DNA from: Thermoplasmata archaeon
GTDB lineage: Archaea; Thermoplasmatota; Thermoplasmata; Lutacidiplasmatales; UBA184
Reading direction: 5' to 3'
Assembly (NCBI GenBank): GCA_035622275.1
Contig: DASPVQ010000006.1
Location: 2,455 to 66,454 of the forward strand
Length of the DNA: 64,000 nucleotides
Part shown: positions 17,516-26,461 of the stretch, in pieces
Layout: every line of letters begins with the position of its first letter
Numbering within the stretch: the first letter of the stretch is position 1
Position numbers and translations under genes: made by a program
Notes under the pieces: model-generated
What the model was told of the DNA's origin: nothing
What the model saw: the letters and a program-made list of their open reading frames with translations, nothing else
Databases searched by the model: none

Positions 17516-18793
17516 ATGGCGGGGGACCGGTTCGTCTTCGCGCACCTCGCGGACGCCCACGTCGGCGCATGGCCGAGGGATCCGGCCGTGCGGGCCGCCC
17601 TGCGCGCGAGCGTGCTGCGGGCGCTCGAGGTCGTCCGGGAGCGCGACGCGGCGTTCCTGCTGATCTCGGGGGACCTGTTCCACGTCCCGGTGCCCGACCC
17701 CGGCGAGGTCGCCCCGGTGGCGGCCGCGCTGCGCGAGCTGGTCGACGAGGGCCGACGCGTGTACGCGATCTACGGTTCCCACGACTACGTCGCCCACCGG
17801 ACGAGCTGGCTCGACGTGCTCGCCGAGGCCGGGGTCTTCGTCAAGGTGGCGCCCGAGGCCGTGCGCGCAGAGGGCACCCGCTGGACGCTCCCGTTCCACA
17901 TCGACGCGCCGACCGGCGCGCGCATCGCCGGCATCTCGGGGCGCTCGCACGGCCTCGACCGAGACTACTTCCGGGCCGTAGACTCCGAGGCGTTCCGGGC
18001 CGAGCCCGGCTTCAAGATCTTCCAGTTCCACGCCGCGGTCGAGGAGTACCTGCCGGCATCGCTGCGCGAGCACGTGCGCGGCATCCGACGGGACGACCTC
18101 CCCGCGGGATGCGACTACTACGCGGGCGGGCACATCCATTTCACCTATTCCGGTGCCGGTCCGGAGGGCGGGCTGCTCGTGAACCCGGGCGCGGTCTTCG
18201 GGACGAGCCGCACCGACCTCGAGCACGCGGCCGGGGGACGGACCCACCAGGGCGTCGCGATCGTCACGGTCGACCGGGGGGAGCCGTCCGTCGAGTTCGT
18301 CGACACGGCCCCCCGCGACGCGATCCGCCTGGTCGAGGTCGACGTGAGCGGACGCACGGCGGCCGAGGCTCACGCGGCGGTCGCCGACCGGATCCGGGCG
18401 GCCGACGATCGACCCGGCGCCCTGGTCTTCACCAAGCTGACGGGCACGCTGGCGGACGGCACGATCGCGGGGCTCGGCCTCGGGCAGGTCGCCCGCGCCG
18501 AGGCGAAGTCGGCCGCGAGCGTGGTGTGGGACCTGAGCGAGCTCGAGGTGCCCCGGCCCGACGGCGACCGCCCGGCGGGCGAGACCGAGGTCGAATCATC
18601 GGAGATCGACCGGCTGATCGCCGAGTCTCCCGCCGACTGGTGGGAGGCGGGCGAGCCGGCGCGGGCGATCCGGGAGCTCGTGCGCGAGCTCGGGATCTCG
18701 AAGTCCGACGGGGAATCGCGGATCGATTACGAGAGCGCTCGGCTCGCCGGCGCGCGGCGCCTGCTCGGGCTGCCCGGCGAACCCGCTGCCTAG
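17516..18793 (+). CDS. mre11: DNA double-strand break repair nuclease Mre11
   Basis: Phosphoesterase motifs DAH, GDLFH, GSHD, FH and GHIH; adjacent to rad50. Confidence 0.9.
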   Translation: MAGDRFVFAHLADAHVGAWPRDPAVRAALRASVLRALEVVRERDAAFLLISGDLFHVPVPDPGEVAPVAAALRELVDEGRRVYAIYGSHDYVAHRTSWLDVLAEAGVFVKVAPEAVRAEGTRWTLPFHIDAPTGARIAGISGRSHGLDRDYFRAVDSEAFRAEPGFKIFQFHAAVEEYLPASLREHVRGIRRDDLPAGCDYYAGGHIHFTYSGAGPEGGLLVNPGAVFGTSRTDLEHAAGGRTHQGVAIVTVDRGEPSVEFVDTAPRDAIRLVEVDVSGRTAAEAHAAVADRIRAADDRPGALVFTKLTGTLADGTIAGLGLGQVARAEAKSAASVVWDLSELEVPRPDGDRPAGETEVESSEIDRLIAESPADWWEAGEPARAIRELVRELGISKSDGESRIDYESARLAGARRLLGLPGEPAA

Positions 18794-18802
18794 GGGTCCG
18801 AC

Positions 18803-21388
18803 GTGCGGCTGCGCCACCTTTCGGTCCGCAACCTGCGCAGCTACGTGTCGGGGGCGGTCGACTTCGCCGACGGTACGACGCTGATCTCGGGGGACGTCGG
18901 TTCCGGGAAGACGAGCCTGCTCTACGCGATCGAGATGGCGCTCTTCGGCACCAGCGAGGTCGACGCGGCCTTCCTCGTCCGGCACGGGGCCGCGCACGCC
19001 GAGGTCGCGGTCGCCTTCGAGGATGCCGAGCACCGCTACGCGATCTCGCGGCGGTTCCGCCGCGTCCGCCGCAAGGGCAAGGAGACGTTCGAGCCCGAGG
19101 CGATCTCGTTCTCGGTCGACGGGTCGAAGACCGAGTACTCCGCGACCGAGCTGCGCCAGCGCGTGATCGAGCTGCTCGGCTTCCCGGACAATCCGAACCC
19201 GCAGGCGCACTCGGACCTGTGGCGCTGGGCGGTTTACGTGCCCCAGGAACGCATGCGCGACATCCTGGCCGCCAAGCCGCAAGAGCGTCTCGAGACCGTG
19301 CGCAAGGCGCTCGGGGTCGAACGCTACCGCATCGCGGCCGAGAACGCCCAACTCGTCGCCGCCGACCTGCGCCGAACGGCGACGCATCGAGGCGCGGAGG
19401 CCGACCGCCTGCGCCACCACGACGACGACTTCGCGACGTGGCGAGAGGAAGCGGACCGGCGCCGGATCGAGAGGGCGAGCCTCGATGGCTCCATCGAGCG
19501 GCGGGCCGAGGAGTCCGCCAACGCCCGGGATCACCTCCGCGAGGCCGAGGATCGGCTGCGGGGGATCGAAGCGGACCGCCGGGAGCTCTCGAGCCTGGAT
19601 CGGGAGGACGCCGCCGATCGCGCCGACGAGGACGAGCGCACCCGGCTGCGGGGGAGCCGATCCGCGGAGATCGAGCGACTCGCTCGAGAGATCGAGACGG
19701 CGCGGGCGGCCGCCGCGGACCTCGAGGCCCGGCGCCGCGATGCGCGCGATCGGGAGGAAGCGATCCGGCGGTCGCGCGAGGAGCTCGATCGCGCGGCACC
19801 GGAGCTCGCCACGCTGATCGAGGCGCGCTCCCATCTGAGCGCGTCCCGCCAGACCCGGGACGAGCGACGGGCGGCGCTCGACGCGGCGACCCACCGTCGT
19901 GCCGCGGCGATCGCCGAGGTCGAGCGACGGGTCGGCGCCGGTCCGACGCACGAGCCACCGGCGCCGACCCCGGATTCCCTCGAGCGGCTCGATCTCCGGC
20001 TGGCGGAGGCGCGGACTCGGGAGGGGGCGAGCCTGGCGGCCGAAACGCGCGCCGAGTCGACGCTCCGGGAGTTCGAGGAGCTCCTGAGCGCGGGGGTCTG
20101 CCCCCGATGCGGTCAGGCCGTGCGCGCGAGCGACTTCGAGTCCCATCGGACGGAGGCGGCCGGCACGGCGACGGCGGCCCGTTCGGCGCACGCGCTCGCC
20201 GCGCGCGAGCGCGAGTCGGTCGAGGACGCGCGTCGCGCCCGCGAGCGCTACGAGCGCGCGCTCGAGCACTGGCACGAGGTCGAACGCGGCCGAGCCGAGG
20301 CTCGACGCGCGCTCGCGCGGGAGGAGGAGGCTGCCACCTCGGCGGGGTCGGATCTCGAGCGCGCCGAGGCGACGGTCCGCGCGGCGACCGAGCGCCTGGC
20401 CGCGAGCGAGCCGGTGGAGCCCCGCGTGGCGGAGCTGCGGGGTCGGATCGAGACCCTCGAGAAGGATCGGGCGAACGCGGCGCGAGAGGTCGAGCGCGCG
20501 GAGCACGCGCTCGATCGGCTGCGCACGGACAGCGCCGCGGTCGAAGCGCTGACCGCGGAGAGGGCCCAGATCGACCGGGAGTCCGTCGCCGCCCAGCAGC
20601 GCCGCGAGGCCCGGCAGGGGCGGATCGAGGCGCTGCGGAAGGCCTTGCAGGGGGAGGAGGGACACCGGGACGCGGCCCGGGCGGCCGAGACCCGTTGCCG
20701 GGAGGCCGATGCGGCGCTCGAGGAGGACCGGCGGGCCCTCGTCCGGGTCGACGGACGCCTCGACGAGGCGGTCCGGCGGCTGGCCGAGGCCGAGCGCGGC
20801 CGGAGCGAGCGTTCTCGGCGGGTCGCGGAGGCGCTGTCGCTCGAGGCGAGAGCCGCGTGGCTCGCCGGCCCGCTGCGCCAGGCGTTGCTCGTGATGGAGC
20901 GGCGGCTCCTGGCGCACGCGCAGGCCCTGCTGGAACGCAGCCTGACCCGCTACTTCGCCGCCCTCATCGACGACCCGGCGCTGGTGGCGCGGACCGACCC
21001 GGCCTTCGCGCCCGAGGTCGCCATCGACGGCGCCTGGACCCCCGCCGAGGCGCTCAGCGGAGGGGAGCGTACGAGCCTCGCGCTCGCCTTCCGGCTCGCG
21101 CTCGCGGAGGTCGTGCGGTCGCTCGGGCACCTGAACCTCGACACGATCCTCCTGGACGAGCCGACGGACGGCTTCTCGCCGGAGCAGGTGATCCGGATGG
21201 GGGAGCTGCTCGACGCGCTCGCGCTCCCGCAGGTGGTCCTGGTCTCGCACGAGGACGAGCTCGCGGGGATCGCGGACCGCGTCATCCGGATCGAGAAGGT
21301 CAACGGCCGCTCGCGCGTGCGCAGCGGTCCCTCCCGCCAGAACGACGATCCGCCGGACGACGAGCGCGAGCCCGACGGACCGGCGTGA
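18803..21388 (+). CDS. rad50: Rad50 SMC-like ATPase
   Basis: Walker A GDVGSGKTS, zinc hook CPRCG, long coiled coil, LSGGE signature, LLDEPT, H-loop VSH. Confidence 0.93.
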   Translation: MRLRHLSVRNLRSYVSGAVDFADGTTLISGDVGSGKTSLLYAIEMALFGTSEVDAAFLVRHGAAHAEVAVAFEDAEHRYAISRRFRRVRRKGKETFEPEAISFSVDGSKTEYSATELRQRVIELLGFPDNPNPQAHSDLWRWAVYVPQERMRDILAAKPQERLETVRKALGVERYRIAAENAQLVAADLRRTATHRGAEADRLRHHDDDFATWREEADRRRIERASLDGSIERRAEESANARDHLREAEDRLRGIEADRRELSSLDREDAADRADEDERTRLRGSRSAEIERLAREIETARAAAADLEARRRDARDREEAIRRSREELDRAAPELATLIEARSHLSASRQTRDERRAALDAATHRRAAAIAEVERRVGAGPTHEPPAPTPDSLERLDLRLAEARTREGASLAAETRAESTLREFEELLSAGVCPRCGQAVRASDFESHRTEAAGTATAARSAHALAARERESVEDARRARERYERALEHWHEVERGRAEARRALAREEEAATSAGSDLERAEATVRAATERLAASEPVEPRVAELRGRIETLEKDRANAAREVERAEHALDRLRTDSAAVEALTAERAQIDRESVAAQQRREARQGRIEALRKALQGEEGHRDAARAAETRCREADAALEEDRRALVRVDGRLDEAVRRLAEAERGRSERSRRVAEALSLEARAAWLAGPLRQALLVMERRLLAHAQALLERSLTRYFAALIDDPALVARTDPAFAPEVAIDGAWTPAEALSGGERTSLALAFRLALAEVVRSLGHLNLDTILLDEPTDGFSPEQVIRMGELLDALALPQVVLVSHEDELAGIADRVIRIEKVNGRSRVRSGPSRQNDDPPDDEREPDGPA

Positions 21389-21401
21389 GCCGGTCGGGGC
21401 G

Positions 21402-22508
21402 CTACGGCAAGAGCTCCCCGAACGCTCCCACGTCCCAGGGCGCGAGCGAGGCGACCTCGAGGTTCTCCGACAGGTGCTCGGTCGTCTTCTGCCCGACGAG
21501 GGGGGCGAGCGTTCCGGGCACCGATCGGGCGAACTGGAGCGCGGTCTGCGCCGAGGAGAGTCCCTGGCGCTTGGGGCCGGCCCGCGCGAGCTGTCCCTGG
21601 AAGAGCGGGACGCTGGTGAAGCAGGCGAGGCCGAGGCGGCGGGCCGCGGCGAACAGCGAGAGTCGCTCGCTGCCGACCGGCTGGTTGCGCAGGGCCGCGG
21701 CCTCCGGCATGGCGAGGTTGAACGGGAACTGGACGAAGCGGAACCCGTGGCCCTTCCCTCCCATCTTCTCGGCGATCGCGACGGCCCGGGCGAGCGAGAA
21801 GTAGCGGGGGTCGGTGCGGGCCGCCCGCAGACAGTCCCACGTCGCGAGGCCGTAGGCCCCCAGACGTCCCTTCGCCCGCTGCTCCTCGTAGAAGCCGAAC
21901 GCCCCTTCGAGCCGGCGCTCGAACTCCTCGCGGCCGACGACGGGGATCTGGGCGTCCGGCCCGTTGTGCAGGTAGAGCAGGTCGACCGTCGAGAGCCCGA
22001 GGTTCCGGCGACTGCGCTCGAGCTGGTCCGCCAGGAAGCGCGCGCCCATCGCATGACAGTCGTCAACGATCTCCGCCGGGCGCACGACGCGGCGGTCGAG
22101 CAGCTCCTTGCGGACCCACTCGTCCGGTCCGATCCTCGACTCGCCGTCCGGTGCGAAGTACCCGCTCTTGGTCGCCACGAAGATCTCCGAGCGGTCCACC
22201 TCCCCCGCCTCGATCAGGTGGGCGAGCGCGCGGCCGATGCTGCGCTCGGCGCGCTGGTACCGGTAGTTGATCGCCGTGTCGATCACGTTCACCCGGCGCG
22301 ACGTGAGGCAGATCGCGACCGCCTGCTCGACGGCGAGATCGGTCGACGCATCGGGTGGGCCAATGTACGTGCCGAGCCCGATCGAGCTCAGCGTCAGATC
22401 CCCGGGCGCCGTGCGGAAATGCTCGGGCGGGAGGTGGCGATCGCCGACCGCGCGGTCCCGGAACCGCGCGGTCCCCTCCGGCGTCGCGCTCCCGTCGATG
22501 AGCGCCAC
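21402..22508 (-). CDS. Aldo/keto reductase
   Basis: IGLGTY, IDTAINY, ATKSG and DLLYLH motifs. Confidence 0.9.
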   Translation of the reverse strand: MALIDGSATPEGTARFRDRAVGDRHLPPEHFRTAPGDLTLSSIGLGTYIGPPDASTDLAVEQAVAICLTSRRVNVIDTAINYRYQRAERSIGRALAHLIEAGEVDRSEIFVATKSGYFAPDGESRIGPDEWVRKELLDRRVVRPAEIVDDCHAMGARFLADQLERSRRNLGLSTVDLLYLHNGPDAQIPVVGREEFERRLEGAFGFYEEQRAKGRLGAYGLATWDCLRAARTDPRYFSLARAVAIAEKMGGKGHGFRFVQFPFNLAMPEAAALRNQPVGSERLSLFAAARRLGLACFTSVPLFQGQLARAGPKRQGLSSAQTALQFARSVPGTLAPLVGQKTTEHLSENLEVASLAPWDVGAFGELLP

Positions 22509-22615
22509 GGACCCTAGGGGGGCAGCGCCCTCAAAAGCCCGGCTCCGACGCCCCGGGCCCCGGCGCCCTGCGCCACCATGAAGAGGGGCCTTGGGTTGCG
22601 GACGGGACCCTCGCG

Positions 22616-22735
22616 ATGCCGCGCCGCAAGTACGGGCGCATGCAGAAGCCGATCCCGCCCGTGCCCCCGGAGAAATGCCGGCTCTGCCGCCTTCACCGAC
22701 CGTGCCCGGTCCATGGCCGCACGGCGCGCGGCTAG
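22616..22735 (+). CDS. Candidate 39-aa Cys/His microprotein
   Basis: MPRRKYGRMQKPIPPVPPEKCRLCRLHRPCPVHGRTARG; C-x2-C-x5-C-x2-H; fills an otherwise empty gap. Confidence 0.45.
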   Translation: MPRRKYGRMQKPIPPVPPEKCRLCRLHRPCPVHGRTARG

Positions 22736-24186
22736 CCCGCGGGCTTCGTCGACCGACGACCGGACGCGCGCTCGCCCGTCAGTAGGGGGGTCGCGACCTT
22801 CTCGTGGAACCGATCGGCCACGTGCCCGATCCGTTCCACCACCCGCGGGGAGATACGCCCGCGGGCGCGCCCGAGCGCGCTCTCGAGCCCGAAGCGGGCC
22901 TGCTCCCACCGGTAGAGCGTCTCGGGATACGCCGCCTCGTAGAGAAGGGTCCGGCCGCCGCTACCGCGGGTCGGGCGGCGTCGACCGGTCAGCCGGTCGC
23001 GAACCGCGTCGTGGAAGCGCGTGCCCGGTACCGGCACGGCGATAGAGACCGAGTACTCCTCGGGGCTGAACCGGCGGAACAGACGGAGCGTCGCCTCGAT
23101 GTCCTCGAGCGTCTCGCCGGGGTAGCCGAGCATCAGGAACCAGAACTGGCGGATCCCCTCCCGCCGCAGCGCTTCCGCCGTGCGCTCGACCTGGGCGAGC
23201 CGGGTGCCGCGGTTCATCAGGTCCAGCATCTTCTGGCTGCCGGACTCGACGCCGACGTAGACGCGCGCGAGGCCCGCGGCCCGCATCCGGTGCAGGAGAT
23301 CCGGCTTGAGCAGGTCGACCCGCGCGAGGCACTCCCAGGCCAGGTGGAGTCGCTCCTCCTCGAGCAGGTGCAGGAGCCGGTCGATCCACGGCCTCGAGAT
23401 GCCGAAGACGTCGTCGCAGAAGCGGACATAGTCCACGCGATAGCGCTCTTGGAGCGCGCGCAGCTCCGCGACGACCCGCTCGGGCGATTGCTGCCGGAAC
23501 GTCCGGCCAAAGGTCGGCTTGGAGCACCAGGAGCAGTCGAACGGACAGCCCCGCGAGGTCAGGACCGCCGCGCGGCGCTCGCCGCTCGAGCGCTGCCACC
23601 GACCCAGATACGCCTCCATGTCGACCAGGTCCCAGGCGGGCAGTGGCAGCGCATCGAGGTCGGGGAGGAACGGGCGGGCGGGTCCGCGCACCAGCCGGCC
23701 CTCGCGCCGCACCGCGAGCCCGGCGATCCCGGACGGATCCTCGCCGGACGCGACCCGGCGCGCGAGGTCCACGAGAACGCCTTCGCCCTCGCCGGGAGCG
23801 ACCGCGTCGAAGCCGGCCGCGAGGTAGTCGGCCGGGCGCGTGGCGGCATCCGGGCCGCCGGCGACCGCGAACGCACCTTCGCGTCGTGCCATCTGGGCGA
23901 TCTCGATCGCCCGGTCACGAGTGAGGGTCTTGGTGTGGACGCCCACCACGTCCGGCCGGAACGAGCGCAGGCGCGCCACGACCGCACGCGCATCTCGCTC
24001 GAAGGTGAGGTCGACCATGGCGACCTCGAGGCCATGGTCGCGCAGGTAGGCACCCAGGGTGAGCAGACCGAGCGACGGGTACAGCTCGACGAACTTGCGC
24101 TCCATCGGATCGTCGCGCGCGACGTACGGGTCCACGAGCAGCACCCGGGGGGCGCGTGCGAGCGTCGCCGCGGACGCGTCAGTCAT
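22732..24186 (-). CDS. B12-binding radical SAM protein
   Basis: N-terminal cobalamin-binding-like domain (YPSLGLL...GGPDA); CxxxCxxC (CPFDCSWC); GVESGS. Confidence 0.9.
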   Translation of the reverse strand: MTDASAATLARAPRVLLVDPYVARDDPMERKFVELYPSLGLLTLGAYLRDHGLEVAMVDLTFERDARAVVARLRSFRPDVVGVHTKTLTRDRAIEIAQMARREGAFAVAGGPDAATRPADYLAAGFDAVAPGEGEGVLVDLARRVASGEDPSGIAGLAVRREGRLVRGPARPFLPDLDALPLPAWDLVDMEAYLGRWQRSSGERRAAVLTSRGCPFDCSWCSKPTFGRTFRQQSPERVVAELRALQERYRVDYVRFCDDVFGISRPWIDRLLHLLEEERLHLAWECLARVDLLKPDLLHRMRAAGLARVYVGVESGSQKMLDLMNRGTRLAQVERTAEALRREGIRQFWFLMLGYPGETLEDIEATLRLFRRFSPEEYSVSIAVPVPGTRFHDAVRDRLTGRRRPTRGSGGRTLLYEAAYPETLYRWEQARFGLESALGRARGRISPRVVERIGHVADRFHEKVATPLLTGERASGRRSTKPAG

Positions 24187-24379
24187 CGAGCCTCCGCCGC
24201 CGCACGATCGTGCGGCCTCCCGAGATCGCGCCGACCGGGCAGTAGGGAACGCACCAGCCGCAGTCGGTGCAGTTCGAGAGCACCTCGAGTCGCGTCGCGG
24301 TCAGCCGCATCGCGTCCGGTGGGCAGACCCCCGTGCACAGGCCACAGAGGACGCAGATGTCGGGATCGATCTCGACCAA
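24179..24379 (-). CDS. 2x[4Fe-4S] ferredoxin
   Basis: Two CxxCxxCxxxCP motifs. Confidence 0.92.
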   Translation of the reverse strand: MVEIDPDICVLCGLCTGVCPPDAMRLTATRLEVLSNCTDCGWCVPYCPVGAISGGRTIVRRRRLDD

Positions 24380-24464
24380 GCTGGCGAACGGCCGGCGTAG
24401 CGGCCGCCCTCGGCCGATTCATCGCGCCGGCCTATTAAAAACGCCCCCGGACGCCCGCACCGGC

Positions 24465-24872
24465 TCACGGGGCGCCGGCCGGGGGGCCCGCCCGGGCCAG
24501 CTCGGGGTGGAGGGCCCTCCCCAACGCGACGAATCCGGTCAGCGCGCACTTCACTCGGACCGGCGAGAGCGGGATGCCGAGACTACGCAGGACGTCGTCG
24601 CGGGTCAGGTGCCCCGCTTCCTCCAGCGAGAGGCCACCCACGCGCTCGGTGAGCATCGACGCGCTCGCCATGCTGATCGCGCAGCCGTCGCCCTGGAAGC
24701 GGACCTCCTGGATCCTTTCCGAGCCCGGCGCGAGCTTCAGCCGCATCGTGATATGGTCCCCGCAGAGCGGGTTCGACTCGTCCCCCACCCGGTCCGCTCC
24801 CTCGAGCGGTCCGTAGTTCTTCGGCGAGCGATAGTGCTGGAGGATCACCTCCTGGTACATGTCGTAGGCCAT
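24465..24872 (-). CDS. sufU: SufU/IscU-like Fe-S assembly protein
   Basis: YQEVILQHY, NPLCGD, GCAIS and RVKCA motifs. Confidence 0.9.
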   Translation of the reverse strand: MAYDMYQEVILQHYRSPKNYGPLEGADRVGDESNPLCGDHITMRLKLAPGSERIQEVRFQGDGCAISMASASMLTERVGGLSLEEAGHLTRDDVLRSLGIPLSPVRVKCALTGFVALGRALHPELARAGPPAGAP

Positions 24873-24998
24873 CGCTGCCCCGGATGCGTCGAGGCGGCGC
24901 ACGGTATAAATCGGCGCGCACCCCGGCGCCAGTGGGGCGCCGGAGCCCTTCCGCCGGGCGGCCGGTACGCCGGATCGGCGTGCTCGGCAGAGTACACC

Positions 24999-25025
24999 TT
25001 ATAACCACACCCGAGTGTGTAAATT
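24999..25025 (+). promoter_or_regulatory. sufD promoter: TATA box plus GTGTGTAAAT motif
   Basis: TTATAA-10 nt-GTGTGTAAATT, 2 nt before ATG 25028; includes a CACAC-N4-GTGTG inverted repeat. Confidence 0.6.
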
Positions 25026-25027
25026 GA

Positions 25028-26422
25028 ATGGCCGCCGGAGCACCGCGCTACGAGGCCTGGCTGTCGGCGGACGAGGTCCGGGGCCTCTCGGATGCGCTCG
25101 GGGACCCGCCGGAGTTCCGCGCCACACGCCTCGAGGCGTACGAGCGATTCCTGCGCCTGCCGCTGGAGCCGAACCCGCTCTACCGGGGATACGGGTACTT
25201 CACGAACGTGGACCTCACCGGCATCGATCCGCTCGCCTCCGCCCCGCCGGTCCCGCTGCCGCACGCCCTGCCCGGCTCCGTCCGGATCGTGCACGACGCG
25301 AGCGGCACGCGCGTCCAGGTGCCGGGAGAGCTACTCGACGCCGGCGTGCGCGTCGTGTCGCTCACGGAGGCGTGGGCCGGCGCCGACGGGGCGGCACGGG
25401 CGCTCCAGCGCGGCGGGGAGGAGCCCACCGACCGGCTGAGCGCGCTCGCGACGGCGCTCGTCAACCGCGGCTACGCCCTCGAGGTCCCCGAGGGACGGAC
25501 CGAGCCGGTCCGCGTCCAGGACCTCACCGTCCTCTCCGCGGGGCGGCAGGCGCTGTCGGTTCGGCGCGCGATCCACGCCGGCGCGGGGACGCAGCTGCTG
25601 GTCAGCGAGGAGGTCTTCGCCATGCCCGGCGCGGTCGAGCATCAGCGGCTCTACGCGTCGACGACGCACGTCGATCAGGGGGCGCGCTCCAAGGCCGTCT
25701 ACCTGGGCGTGCACGCGCCCGATCTCGCGACCGTGTCGATCTACCGTCGCTCGGCGACGACCGGGCCCGAGAGCCGGCTCGCCTGGATCTGGACCGGTCT
25801 CGGCGGCTTTCGCACCAAGAGCCGCAACGAGACGTCGCTGACCGGGCGGGCGTCCGTCGTCGACGACCTCCAGTTGTTCTTCGGCGCGCAGCAGCAGGCG
25901 TTCGACAGCTCCGTGAACCTCACCCACGTGGCGACCGACACGCACGGCCAATCGATTACGCGCGGGGTCTTCCGCGACGAGGCACGAGGGATGAGCCGGG
26001 GCCTCGTGCGGATCGAGCACGAGGCCCGCAAGACGGTGAGCTTCATCTCCGAGCACGCGATGCTGCTGTCGAAGGGCGCGCGCTCCGACACGATCCCGAT
26101 CCTCGAGATCCTCTGCCGGGACGTCAAGGCCACGCACTCGACCTCGGTCGCACCGGTCGATCCCGAGCGGGTCTTCTATCTCGAGTCGCGGGGCCTGACC
26201 GAGGCCGAGTCGATCCGGGCCATCGGGGAGGGCTACCTCTCCTACGTCCTCGAGCGCGCGCCCGTGGCGGGACTGCGAGACCTGATGTATCCGGCGCTCG
26301 CCGCCCGCTGGGACGGCCGCCCGATCTCCTGGGGGCCCGAGGCGTTCCCGGCGCTCCCCGCGCTCGATGTCCGCGGGACCGAGGCCACGCCCGAGTGGCG
26401 GTTCGACACCAAGCTGCGCTGA
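25028..26422 (+). CDS. sufD: SufD-like (SufBD family) protein
   Basis: Beta-helix SufBD C-terminus (PILEILCRDVKATHSTSV, FYLESRGL); lies in the SUF cluster on the opposite strand to sufB. Confidence 0.85.
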   Translation: MAAGAPRYEAWLSADEVRGLSDALGDPPEFRATRLEAYERFLRLPLEPNPLYRGYGYFTNVDLTGIDPLASAPPVPLPHALPGSVRIVHDASGTRVQVPGELLDAGVRVVSLTEAWAGADGAARALQRGGEEPTDRLSALATALVNRGYALEVPEGRTEPVRVQDLTVLSAGRQALSVRRAIHAGAGTQLLVSEEVFAMPGAVEHQRLYASTTHVDQGARSKAVYLGVHAPDLATVSIYRRSATTGPESRLAWIWTGLGGFRTKSRNETSLTGRASVVDDLQLFFGAQQQAFDSSVNLTHVATDTHGQSITRGVFRDEARGMSRGLVRIEHEARKTVSFISEHAMLLSKGARSDTIPILEILCRDVKATHSTSVAPVDPERVFYLESRGLTEAESIRAIGEGYLSYVLERAPVAGLRDLMYPALAARWDGRPISWGPEAFPALPALDVRGTEATPEWRFDTKLR

Positions 26423-26461
26423 GGCGTCGACCGAGCGCGAACGCGCTTCGGATGGGCGCGG

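Noticed and set aside
16918-22066. Very long alternative ORFs (1628 aa at 16918-21804 +; 1156 aa at 18596-22066 -)
   Set aside because: Arg/Pro/Gly/Ala-rich shadow frames over mre11, rad50 and the AKR gene; expected in very high-GC DNA.
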